A stretch of DNA of 64,000 nucleotides from Kofleriaceae bacterium. Its GTDB lineage: Bacteria > Myxococcota_A > Polyangia > Haliangiales > Haliangiaceae. Numbering within the stretch: position 1 is the first letter of the stretch; the number at the start of each line of letters is the position of its first letter. The position numbers were made by a program, and so were the translations under genes. The stretch covers positions 128,001 to 192,000 of the forward strand of contig CBDCCZ010000018.1 in assembly GCA_965215005.1 (NCBI GenBank). Direction: 5' to 3'. Positions 8,763 to 18,383 of this stretch are shown piece after piece. The notes under the pieces are model-generated. The model was not told the DNA's origin, ran no database searches, and saw nothing but the letters and a program-made list of their open reading frames with translations.

Positions 8763-10420
8763 TGCCGCGAGGAGCAAGCGTGGCGTTCATGATGGCGCTG
8801 ATCATCGCGTCGCTCACCGCACGCGCCGGCGCCGCACCCGAGCGCCAGCTGATGCTTGCCGAGCTGCCGGCGCCCCGTCCGCAGACGCTGCGGATGCGCA
8901 TCGCCCTCACGCCGGCGCAAGCCGTCACGCCCGCTTGGACGGCCACCGACACCGGCCGTTTCGAGTTACTCGGCAGCCCCCGCCGCGGTCTCGGCGAGGA
9001 CAGTCTCGCCGAGCGGGTGATCTTCCGTTTCAACCTAGGTTTTGGCCTCGACGGAGGTCAACCCACCGGAGTCGACGCGCGCAAGGTCTCGGGCCTGCCG
9101 CTCCGCGAAGGTGAATATGATCGCTTGCGCCTGTACAGCTTTGGCGACGCGATCCTCGGTAGCCGCGGCCTTGCAGTTCCGAGCTTGTCGACCTACGCCG
9201 CGGCGCAGTTTCGTTTCGACCAGGCGTCCGATGCGCGCTCGACTCCGGTTCCCAGCGTGTACGACGCCAACATCAGCGACGTCCAAGTTCGCAGCGCGTA
9301 CGCCGAGCTCGATGGAACCCTGCGCGCGCCGTGGCTAGCGCCGCTGTTCGTCCGCGCCGGCCGCCAGTTTCGCTTTGGTCCCGCCATCGCCCACTTCGAT
9401 GGCATCACGGTCGGCTGGGACGGCCAAGCCGTGGCGGTGGGTGCCTATGTCGGCCAGCACGTCATTCTCTATGACTACGAAGGCGGCGCCGCGCAGTACG
9501 ATCGCGACGTGCTCGCCGGCGCCGACGTGCGCGTCGACCTCTACCAGCTGCGTGGGTGGCCGCTGGTGCTCGGCTCGCGCCTACTGCAGCAAGGCGAGCA
9601 CACGCACAGCGACTGGAACCTGGCGCTGCGCTGGAGTCGCGACATTCTCCTGGGCGGCGACGTGCGCTTCATCGATACCCGCTCCGCGCAGCAACGCGTG
9701 AGCATGCGCGCGCGGCTGGGCGAGGTCACCATCCTCAGCGCTGAGGTCGACAACCACACCAGCGCCGATTGGATCTACGACCTCTTACTCATCGAGCGGC
9801 CGACCGACGCCACCGATCCCCGTCGCTATCTCGACCTCGGGCCGCGGCTGCCGCGGGTGTTCATGAACCTGCGTGCCGGCACCGTGCTACTCGACAACAT
9901 CGACCTCTTAGTGCGCGCCGGAGCTGCTTTCGAGACCGCCAGCAGCACCGCTCCAACCTCGAGCTTTGCCAGCGACTACCTCGAGGCGGGTGGCGCGCTC
10001 GAGCTACGACTTCGCCGTTCGCTCAGCTTTGGCGTCTCGGCGCTCGCCCGGCGCTATGACCGTATCGAGCCCGAGCTGCCGGTCCAGAGCGACCGCGCCG
10101 ACCCGCTGCCGCTATCCACCGGCAGCTTCGGCGAGCGCTCGTTTTTCGAAGGCGGCTCGACCTTGCGCTACACCCAAGGAGCGCGCCGCTTCAGTGCCTC
10201 CGCCGAGCTCTATGGGCGCTCCTCTCGCTACCAATCGCCGTGGATTGCGAGCCAAGACGAGCGCTCCGACGTCCGCGGCGGCGGCCGCTTTGCAGTCGAG
10301 GGCTGGGCGGGCGACTCGCTGCGCCTGCGCGTCGAATACGACGTTTCCTCGCAGCTGCGGCTCGCGCAAGAGCTTCGCGGCCTCAAGAGCCTGCGCGTCA
10401 TGACCGAGGGCCGCTTTTGA
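8762..10420 (+). CDS. Putative outer-membrane beta-barrel protein coupled to the cytochrome
   Basis: TGATG overlap, Sec signal, alternating amphipathic beta-strands, RAGRQF motif and terminal Phe (VMTEGRF). Confidence 0.75.
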   Translation: MPRGASVAFMMALIIASLTARAGAAPERQLMLAELPAPRPQTLRMRIALTPAQAVTPAWTATDTGRFELLGSPRRGLGEDSLAERVIFRFNLGFGLDGGQPTGVDARKVSGLPLREGEYDRLRLYSFGDAILGSRGLAVPSLSTYAAAQFRFDQASDARSTPVPSVYDANISDVQVRSAYAELDGTLRAPWLAPLFVRAGRQFRFGPAIAHFDGITVGWDGQAVAVGAYVGQHVILYDYEGGAAQYDRDVLAGADVRVDLYQLRGWPLVLGSRLLQQGEHTHSDWNLALRWSRDILLGGDVRFIDTRSAQQRVSMRARLGEVTILSAEVDNHTSADWIYDLLLIERPTDATDPRRYLDLGPRLPRVFMNLRAGTVLLDNIDLLVRAGAAFETASSTAPTSSFASDYLEAGGALELRLRRSLSFGVSALARRYDRIEPELPVQSDRADPLPLSTGSFGERSFFEGGSTLRYTQGARRFSASAELYGRSSRYQSPWIASQDERSDVRGGGRFAVEGWAGDSLRLRVEYDVSSQLRLAQELRGLKSLRVMTEGRF

Positions 10421-10479
10421 GGCTTCAATTGCGCGGGTCGTCGCCAATCGCGATCGCGGCAGCGTGTTACACGACCCTC

Positions 10480-11268
10480 ATGCTGTATGTTCGCGCTCGT
10501 CGCTGGGTGCTCATGGCGATCGCCGCTGCTCTCGCTCACGCGCCGCTACCCGCACGTGCGGGCATCGTCAACGTCCAGTCAATCCTCACCGCCGAGGCCG
10601 AGGAAGGCTTCTCCGGGGCAGTTTCTGGCTCCATCGATTGGCGCACCGGCTCGACCGATCTGCTTCTGCTATCCGCCGCTCCGGTCGCGCGGTATCGCCA
10701 AAGCGACCACCTCATTATCGGCATCGTCCGCGGCGAGCTCGGCCGAACCGACGGCCAACGCATCATTGCCCGCACGTTCGAGCACCTGCGTTACCGCTAT
10801 CAACTGCGCGACTGGATCTTGGCCGAGGTCTTCACCCAGCATGAATACGATGACTTTCGCCGCCTGCGACTGCGAGCGCTGCTCGGCGCAGGCCCCAAAG
10901 TCGATCTGTTTCGTGGCGAGCACGGCGGGATCGGGCTCGGGCTCGCCTACATGCTCGAATACGAACAGCTGCAAGACGATGACGAGGTCGACGCTGGTCG
11001 CACCGATCTAGCGCATCGCCTCTCCAGCTATCTTGTCGGCACCTACGATGTCGATGAGCGACTGCAGCTCGTGGAAACGCTGTACGCGCAGCCGCGCTTG
11101 ACCGATGCCAGTGACCTTCGCCTGCTCAGCGACAGCTCGCTGATCGTTGCGCTCAGCAAGGCGTTTTCGGTCACCACGACCTTCAGCCTGTCGTGGGACA
11201 CCGAAACCCCCGCCAGCATCGTCGAGCTCGAGACGGCGCTCAAGAGCGCGATCGCGTATACCTTTTGA
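10480..11268 (+). CDS. DUF481-like outer-membrane beta-barrel protein
   Basis: Signal peptide then IVNVQS, HLRYRY, EVFTQHEYDDF and LLGAGP; C-terminal IAYTF. Confidence 0.75.
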   Translation: MLYVRARRWVLMAIAAALAHAPLPARAGIVNVQSILTAEAEEGFSGAVSGSIDWRTGSTDLLLLSAAPVARYRQSDHLIIGIVRGELGRTDGQRIIARTFEHLRYRYQLRDWILAEVFTQHEYDDFRRLRLRALLGAGPKVDLFRGEHGGIGLGLAYMLEYEQLQDDDEVDAGRTDLAHRLSSYLVGTYDVDERLQLVETLYAQPRLTDASDLRLLSDSSLIVALSKAFSVTTTFSLSWDTETPASIVELETALKSAIAYTF

Positions 11269-11272
11269 GCTC

Positions 11273-11620
11273 ATGCCCCGCTGGCAACGCGCTTACTTCA
11301 CCGTCTGCTGCGCCATCATCGGCTACTGCCTTGCCTATGTGCTCAGCGACTTCGGCGGCTGGCCGCGGCTTACGTATTTTCAACTCGAGCGTGAGTGGCG
11401 GCTCGTTGCGGGTCCGCCGGGGTTCTTGCCATCGAACTATCTCGGCACTGTGTCCTGGGGCGTTGGCGGCTTCGTCATCGGCGGCGCGCTCGGCGCGCTT
11501 GGATCACTGATTCCCCGGCGCGAGCTCGAGCGGCGCTGGAACCTGCTGTTCGGTGCCTGGGCGCTCACCGCCTTCACGTACGCAGGCCTCTACTTCACTT
11601 GGAATCTGTGGCCGTTCTGA
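11273..11620 (+). CDS. Small membrane protein (3 TM)
   Basis: ATG 4 nt after the previous stop and three hydrophobic segments. Confidence 0.7.
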   Translation: MPRWQRAYFTVCCAIIGYCLAYVLSDFGGWPRLTYFQLEREWRLVAGPPGFLPSNYLGTVSWGVGGFVIGGALGALGSLIPRRELERRWNLLFGAWALTAFTYAGLYFTWNLWPF

Positions 11621-12508
11621 GGAACCGACCAGCTTGACGATCAGTGAGCCCAGCGTGAGCAGCATGACCGCCGCCAGCGAGCGGCGCAGCAGCGTGTCGG
11701 GGAGCGAGCGCGTGAGCGAAGCGCCCACTTGCGCCGCCAGCGCCGAACCGATCATCAACGTCACCGCGAGCCCGAGATGGACGTGGCCCATCATGGCGTG
11801 GCGCGCCGTGCCCCACAGCGCAACGGCGAGCACCACCACGATGCCAGTGCCGGCGGTTTTGCGAATGCTGAAGCCGAACCCGTAGAGCATGATCGGAATC
11901 AACAAGATGCCGCCGCCGATCCCGAGAAACCCAGCGAGCAGGCCGTTGACGAGCCCGATGTAGCCAACCACCACCCCCGAGACCTCGCCAACCCCCGCCG
12001 CTGGCAGCCGCGTCATCGGGCCAATCGCGAGCTTGCCCAGCGGCCCCGCCTCGCGCGGCTCCTCTTTGGTCGGCGCAGGTCGCGTCCATAACAGCCAAGC
12101 GATGGCGCAAAACAGCACCGCGTAGCCGGTGGTGACCGCAAGCGGCAGTGCCCGCGTGCTCACGCCGGCGATCGTGACGCTACCGAGCTTTGAGAGCGCT
12201 CCCAGCAAACGCGCCCCAGCGTCGACACCGAGCACGCTGCCGCCAAGCAGCATGATGTCGAAGCGGACCTCGGCGTGGCCCATGGTGCGATAGCGAAGCA
12301 GCGCGCCGAGCGCATTGGCAATGGTGGCGCAAAGACCGGCGCCCACTGCCGCGGGTAGCGGGATCCCGAGCAACACGTGCATGAGTGGGATCAACAAGAA
12401 GCCGCCGCCAACACCAAACATGCCGGCGATCAGACCAACCCCGATCCCAAGCGCGACCACTGCCGGTAGCCAAACCGACGCGTCGCCGACCGTGAGCATG
12501 AGACTCAT
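11504..12508 (-). CDS. Sulfite exporter TauE/SafE family protein
   Basis: Duplicated GMFGVGGGFLLIP and GFLGIGGGILLIP motifs, about 8 TM. Confidence 0.9.
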   Translation of the reverse strand: MSLMLTVGDASVWLPAVVALGIGVGLIAGMFGVGGGFLLIPLMHVLLGIPLPAAVGAGLCATIANALGALLRYRTMGHAEVRFDIMLLGGSVLGVDAGARLLGALSKLGSVTIAGVSTRALPLAVTTGYAVLFCAIAWLLWTRPAPTKEEPREAGPLGKLAIGPMTRLPAAGVGEVSGVVVGYIGLVNGLLAGFLGIGGGILLIPIMLYGFGFSIRKTAGTGIVVVLAVALWGTARHAMMGHVHLGLAVTLMIGSALAAQVGASLTRSLPDTLLRRSLAAVMLLTLGSLIVKLVGSSERPQIPSEVEACVREGGERPGTEQQVPAPLELAPGNQ

Positions 12509-12510
12509 CG

Positions 12511-12657
12511 TCAGATTTGGTAGTCGAGCATCGAGCGCTTCGCCGCTTTGTCATCGCGGCGGCGAAACAGCCATGCGGCGATGGCGCCCCAGAGCGCGGG
12601 CACGGCTACGCACGCAGTGACGTACGCGGCGGAGACGAGAGACGGTGACACCTTCAT
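12511..12657 (-). CDS. Small single-TM protein (48 aa)
   Basis: MKVSPSLVSAAYVTACVAVPALWGAIAAWLFRRRDDKAAKRSMLDYQI; ends 2 nt before the tauE start. Confidence 0.55.
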   Translation of the reverse strand: MKVSPSLVSAAYVTACVAVPALWGAIAAWLFRRRDDKAAKRSMLDYQI

Positions 12658-12718
12658 CGGCAGGTCCGCCCACGCTACCAGCGCCGCCGCCACTCGGCAA
12701 CCACGGCGTCGCTGCGCT

Positions 12719-13399
12719 TCAGGTGTGCACAGCGCGCGCCCGTGCGGTGGCGAGCACGTGAGCATCCAAGAGCTGCCAGCGCGCAGTGATTGCCAGAGGA
12801 CCTTCGCCCGCGCGACCCGCATAGGCGACCTCGGCGGTGCCGTCGGCACCGGGCCACACCGTTACCTCGAGAAACCCTACATAGCGATGCACAAACGGAT
12901 CGATGGCTTTGTAGATCGCTTCTTTGAGCGCGAACCGGATCATCAACGCCGCGCCATACTGCGCCGGTGGCTGCGCAGCCAAATGTGCTCGCTCGGCCTC
13001 GGTGAGGACGCGGCGGGCGATGTCGCGGCGAGGAGCGGCAAGCTCTTCGAGATCGACGCCCAAGGTCGCAAAGCTGTCATCGCGGCGTGCCGCCAAGGCC
13101 ACCGCAAGGCCGCGCTTGTGGCTAATGGAGCCGGCGAAGTCGCTCGGCACCAGCGGTGCACCGCGATGATTGGCAAGCAGCGGAGCATCAGCGCGATCGC
13201 CGGCGTGCTGCAGAGCCGCGCGCAGCGCCAAGCGACCAGCGACCCATTCCGCAGCGCGCAGCGGAGCCAGCTGGGCCGCAAAGACGCGCTCGTCGGGGTG
13301 CAGCGCCGTCGCCGCGGCCTGCTGTGCGGACTCGTTTTGCGGAAGCGGCACCGTCGCGCAGTGGCCGTACTCGAGGCGTAGCAGCGTGAGCGGGCTCAT
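12719..13399 (-). CDS. 4'-phosphopantetheinyl transferase (EntD/Sfp-like)
   Basis: GSISH, LGVDLEE and [10 protein letters not shown] motifs; ATGA overlap with the gluQ stop. Confidence 0.9.
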   Translation of the reverse strand: MSPLTLLRLEYGHCATVPLPQNESAQQAAATALHPDERVFAAQLAPLRAAEWVAGRLALRAALQHAGDRADAPLLANHRGAPLVPSDFAGSISHKRGLAVALAARRDDSFATLGVDLEELAAPRRDIARRVLTEAERAHLAAQPPAQYGAALMIRFALKEAIYKAIDPFVHRYVGFLEVTVWPGADGTAEVAYAGRAGEGPLAITARWQLLDAHVLATARARAVHT

Positions 13400-14322
13400 G
13401 CCTCGACTCCGAGCTCGAGGGCGGCGCCGGTCCAGCGCACCACGCGATCGCGGCAAGCAACGTCGGCCCACGCGAAGTTGAGCAGCTCGGCGGGAACGCA
13501 CGGCGCAAACGCGCTGCGCAAGCCAGCGGCATGGGCTAAGAAGCCGCACAACCCAGCGGGCGTGTAATGCTCGCGCAGCACAGCGGCACCGACCGCACCA
13601 TGCAGCTTGGCAAGCTTTGGCCCGCGCGGCTCGAGCAACAGCAGGTGATGCCGGTATCGCGGCGTCGGCAGCTCGAGCAGGCGTTGCAGCAAAATTTGGG
13701 TGGCGGTGCTGGCGGCGAGATCGCGGCCGCGAACGACGTGCGTGACGCCGGCGGCGGCATCATCGACGACCACCACCAAATGGTAGGCAAAGGCGCCATC
13801 GCGGCGAACGACCACCGGATCGCCCATGTCGAGGGCGGGCGTTTGCGATAAGTCTGAGCCGCCATCGTCGATGAGCTCGACGCGCTGGAGCGGCAGCATC
13901 ACGCGGATCGCTTCGGCGCACGCGCGCCATCCGCCGACCGGGAGTGCGCGGCCGCGGCAGCGGTTGTCATACGCCCAGCCACCATCGGCGGCAGGACGCG
14001 CCGCAGCGCGCAGCTCAGCGCGGCTGCAGCGACACGGATAGAGATGGCCGCCTACGGCGAGCCGATCGAGCGCGGCCTCGTGCTGCGCGCGCAGCCGATC
14101 TTGATACTGCACCAGGTCCCAATCGAGGCCAAACCACGCCAAATCGGCGGCCATCGCGGTCGCAAAGTGCGGCTTGCAGCGCTCGGGATCGAGGTTCTCG
14201 AGTCGCAACACGAGGCGGCGGTGCTGCGAGCGGGCCTCGAGCCAAACCAGCAGCGCCGACAACAGCGTGCCCGGGTGCGCTGGACCCGTGGTCGACGGAG
14301 CAAATCGCGTGCAGCCAGTCAT
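13396..14322 (-). CDS. gluQ: Glutamyl-Q tRNA(Asp) synthetase-like protein
   Basis: [36 protein letters not shown] and KLAK; about 308 aa with no anticodon domain. Confidence 0.85.
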   Translation of the reverse strand: MTGCTRFAPSTTGPAHPGTLLSALLVWLEARSQHRRLVLRLENLDPERCKPHFATAMAADLAWFGLDWDLVQYQDRLRAQHEAALDRLAVGGHLYPCRCSRAELRAAARPAADGGWAYDNRCRGRALPVGGWRACAEAIRVMLPLQRVELIDDGGSDLSQTPALDMGDPVVVRRDGAFAYHLVVVVDDAAAGVTHVVRGRDLAASTATQILLQRLLELPTPRYRHHLLLLEPRGPKLAKLHGAVGAAVLREHYTPAGLCGFLAHAAGLRSAFAPCVPAELLNFAWADVACRDRVVRWTGAALELGVEA

Positions 14323-14420
14323 CGCTCGCGCAAAGAGTACGCAACCGAGGCGACCCTCGCCAGCGGCTGATCGAACCTGCGGCCCCTCGATCGCCGCGGC
14401 AATCGTCGCATCATGGCGGC

Positions 14421-15203
<783 letters not shown>

Positions 15204-15221
15204 GTCGACGCCGCGGAGCCA

Positions 15222-15297
15222 TGACGCGCCCTGATGCGGGGCAAGGGCGGCAGGCTTCTGCGGCTCACGTGCCCCCTTCGGCGTCTTCTCAAGCGAT
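15222..15297 (+). repeat. Dispersed structured repeat, copy 3 (between convergent genes)
   Basis: tgacgcgccctgatgcggggcaagggcggcaggcttctgc...cccccttcggcgtcttctcaagcgat; about 10 mismatches in 66 nt versus copy 1. Confidence 0.88.
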
Positions 15298-15318
15298 TAA
15301 CAATCGCCAGCCGTCGCG

Positions 15319-16884
15319 TCATGAATCGCGCATCGCCACACCGGCTTCACGCGCCGCACGATAGCGATCGAGATACGTTTCGATGACGCGGTCGCCATCA
15401 AGGCCGAGGATCTTGGTGTACTCGACGAGAAAGCCGCGCACGTACACCGGCGCCGGCAGCTTGCTGTAGTTCTCGCCTTCGATGGCTGCCAGATACGCCA
15501 TGCCGATCTTGGTGCGCTCGGCGATCTCGCGCAGGTCGATGCCACCGGCTTCGCGAATCTGCTGCAATAGCGGCCCGGTATACACGGTTTCCGCGGCCAA
15601 CTCCGGCATCGGCGGCCGCTCGACGGCCGGCGCCTCGACGCGCTTGATCGGCGGACTCGGCGCCCGACCAACGCCGGCCGAGGGCAGGCCATCGGGGAAC
15701 AGCTTGTGGTCGTAGGCCTTGCGCGAGGCGGCATCCATGAGCGTTGCATACGCATCGTCGAACCGGCGATGCAGCACCTCGAGTCGCTCGACGCTATAGA
15801 GCCCGCTCATGACCACCGATTCTGGCCCGTAGACCTCGCGAATGCGGCGATTGGCGCGGCGAATGTCTTCGAAGCTAGCAGTTGGCGGAACCTCGAGAAG
15901 CTCGTAATAGGTATCGCCGGAGACGACCTCGGTGATGGCCTTATCGGAGGTCTTGCCGCTCTGATCGCGCATCGCGAGCAGCCGCCGCGTAACCTTTTCG
16001 ATGCACTTGGAGACCCGCGACTCGGGATGCTCGACCAGCAGCGGCCGGCGGCGACGAACCGCGACCCACACCGCCTCGTCGTACTCGAGATGTCCCAGAT
16101 AGGTGATCGGCAAGCCCAGACGCCTGCGACCCGCGGCGGCAACGGCGCGCCCCAGCTCCATGTCGGCCTTGGAACGCACGCAGTTGATCACCAGCTGCGG
16201 CCGCATCGACAGCACCAGCCGCTTGACCTCGGCGGCGCGCTGCGGATCGCGATCGACCGCGCGCAGATACGAATCCAGCGGCGAGGGCATACCGCCCTCG
16301 TAGCCCGCCGCTTCCTCCGGCGACACCCGCGCGATCTCGGCCAGCTCGGCTTGCCGCAGCTGGCGCTGGAACGCCACTCGCAAAAAACGGTAACAAAGCT
16401 CGACCGAGGTTGGCTCAGGCACCGCGACCAGCACCGGCGTGTCTGCGGCAAGCAGCATATCGATGGCGTGGGTGCCGGTGCCGGTGGCGGTATCGACGAC
16501 CACGAAGTCGGCATCGATGGTGCGTAGCTCCTCGACGAGCTGGCGCACGTGCGACGGCTTGGGATTGGCAATCCATGGCGGATCGGTGGCGCCGGAGATG
16601 AGGTGCAGCCCCGGCACCGGTGTGGGCTCGACGAGATCGGCCAACGGCGTTGGCGACTTGCCAAGCGCCTCGGAAAGAGTGCGCCGCGGCCGCGCCACGC
16701 CTGTGAAGATGTGTAGATTGGCGCCGCCGAGGGCGCCATCGACGAGCACCACGCGCTTGCCCAGGGTCGACAGGAAGATGCCGAGGTTGGCAGCGATGAG
16801 GCTCTTGCCCGCCCCGCCCTTGCCTCCTGCCACCGCGACGATGCGCGGACGCCGAGATTCGGAGCTGCTGTTCTGGCTCACCAC
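15319..16884 (-). CDS. MinD/FlhG-family ATPase fused to a J-like domain and a RodZ-type HTH
   Basis: Deviant Walker A GGKGGAGKS and DGALGGANLH; YYELLEVPPTASFEDIRRA...RKAYD; GPLLQQIREAGGIDLREIAERTKI...VYVRGFL. Confidence 0.85.
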   Translation of the reverse strand: MVSQNSSSESRRPRIVAVAGGKGGAGKSLIAANLGIFLSTLGKRVVLVDGALGGANLHIFTGVARPRRTLSEALGKSPTPLADLVEPTPVPGLHLISGATDPPWIANPKPSHVRQLVEELRTIDADFVVVDTATGTGTHAIDMLLAADTPVLVAVPEPTSVELCYRFLRVAFQRQLRQAELAEIARVSPEEAAGYEGGMPSPLDSYLRAVDRDPQRAAEVKRLVLSMRPQLVINCVRSKADMELGRAVAAAGRRRLGLPITYLGHLEYDEAVWVAVRRRRPLLVEHPESRVSKCIEKVTRRLLAMRDQSGKTSDKAITEVVSGDTYYELLEVPPTASFEDIRRANRRIREVYGPESVVMSGLYSVERLEVLHRRFDDAYATLMDAASRKAYDHKLFPDGLPSAGVGRAPSPPIKRVEAPAVERPPMPELAAETVYTGPLLQQIREAGGIDLREIAERTKIGMAYLAAIEGENYSKLPAPVYVRGFLVEYTKILGLDGDRVIETYLDRYRAAREAGVAMRDS

Positions 16885-16896
16885 GGCGGGACTCTA

Positions 16897-18300
16897 CTAC
16901 AAACCCGGTGGCTCGCTAGCATGGGTGGAGAGGCCGCGCACCGCCCTGGCGACGGCTGCGCGTTCTTCGACGCGCGGCAAGGTGCGAACGTCTAGCAGCA
17001 CCCGCTCTTGGGCGAGGCGCCCGATGACAGGCGGGGCGTGGGCGCGCAGCCGTGCGTCGAGCTCAGCGGCGGATACGTGCTCGGCCGCGAGCGTCACCGC
17101 GAACGAGGCGGGCCGGGCGGTGGGCATCGAGCCGCCGCCCACGGCGGAGTCGCAGCGGCGAATGTCGATGATCAATCCTGCGGGTGCGCCAATGCGTTGC
17201 AACAGCTCTTGGGCGCGCGCCTCAAGCTCCGCCTCGGTCGCCGCCAGCATGGCCACGGTCGGCACCGCCATGGCCATGCCGTCGCGATACAGCGACAGCG
17301 TCGCCTCGAGCGCCGCGAGCACCAACTTGTCGGGACGCAGCGCGCGCATCAGCGGATGCCGCCGGCAGCGCTCGATGAGCTCGCCGCGACCGGCCAGAAT
17401 TCCGGCCTGCGGGCCGCCGAGGAGCTTGTCGCCGGAGAACGTCACCACGTCGATTCCGCTGGCGATGATGGCGCCAACGCTCGGTTCCGCGGGCAGCCCA
17501 AACGACGCCTGCAGCTCGGCCTCGAGCAGCGACCCGGCGCCGAGATCCATCATGCTCATGACCCCGCGCTCGCGGCCGAGCCACGCCAGCTCACGCGCTC
17601 CGACCTCTGCGACGAAGCCGTGCATCGCGAAGTTCGATCGGTGCACTTTCAGTAGCGCCGCGGTGTCGGTCGCGAGCGCAGCCTGGTAATCGCCAAGATG
17701 AGTGCGATTGGTGCAGCCTACCTCCACGAGCCGGACTCCGGCGCTGCGCATCACCTCGGGAATTCGAAACGAGCCGCCGATCTCCACCAGCTCGCCCCGC
17801 GAGACCACCACCTCGCCAGGTGCCGCAAGCGCCGCAAGCGCGAGCAGCACGGCGGCAGCGTTGTTGTTGACGACCACCGCGTCCTCGGCGCCGGTGAGCG
17901 CGCCGAGCGCGGCGAGCAAGTGATGATAACGACTGCCGCGGCGGCCGGTCTGCAGGTCGTACTCGAGGTTGCAGTAGCCGCTGGCGACCTCGACGAGGCG
18001 ATCGAGCGCCACCTTGGGCAGCGGCGCCCGTCCCAGGTTGGTGTGCAGGACCACGCCAGTGGCGTTGATCACGGACGTGAGCGATGGTGCTGCGAGGGCG
18101 CGAGCCAGCGCTGCGATGGCGGGCACCAGCTCCTCGCTCACGGCGCGGCCTGCGCGCAACGCCGCGCGGCGCGCATCGATGACTCGTCGCACGGCTTCGA
18201 CCAAGGCCCATCGAGGCGCATCGATGGCGGCGATGGCCGGGCGGCGAAGCACCTCATCGACCTGCGGAAGCGCGGCCAGCTGCTGATGGAGCGTGCTCAT
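16897..18300 (-). CDS. selA: L-seryl-tRNA(Sec) selenium transferase
   Basis: VINATGVVLHTNLGRAPL, VVNNNAAA, SRGELVEIGGSFRIP and FSGDKLLGGPQAG. Confidence 0.96.
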   Translation of the reverse strand: MSTLHQQLAALPQVDEVLRRPAIAAIDAPRWALVEAVRRVIDARRAALRAGRAVSEELVPAIAALARALAAPSLTSVINATGVVLHTNLGRAPLPKVALDRLVEVASGYCNLEYDLQTGRRGSRYHHLLAALGALTGAEDAVVVNNNAAAVLLALAALAAPGEVVVSRGELVEIGGSFRIPEVMRSAGVRLVEVGCTNRTHLGDYQAALATDTAALLKVHRSNFAMHGFVAEVGARELAWLGRERGVMSMMDLGAGSLLEAELQASFGLPAEPSVGAIIASGIDVVTFSGDKLLGGPQAGILAGRGELIERCRRHPLMRALRPDKLVLAALEATLSLYRDGMAMAVPTVAMLAATEAELEARAQELLQRIGAPAGLIIDIRRCDSAVGGGSMPTARPASFAVTLAAEHVSAAELDARLRAHAPPVIGRLAQERVLLDVRTLPRVEERAAVARAVRGLSTHASEPPGL

Positions 18301-18383
18301 CGGCGGGCAATCCGCCGGCGACTGTACCGCCATCCACCGATGGGCCGCGCGAGCTCTGCACAAGATGCTAGGTTGAAAGGGTC

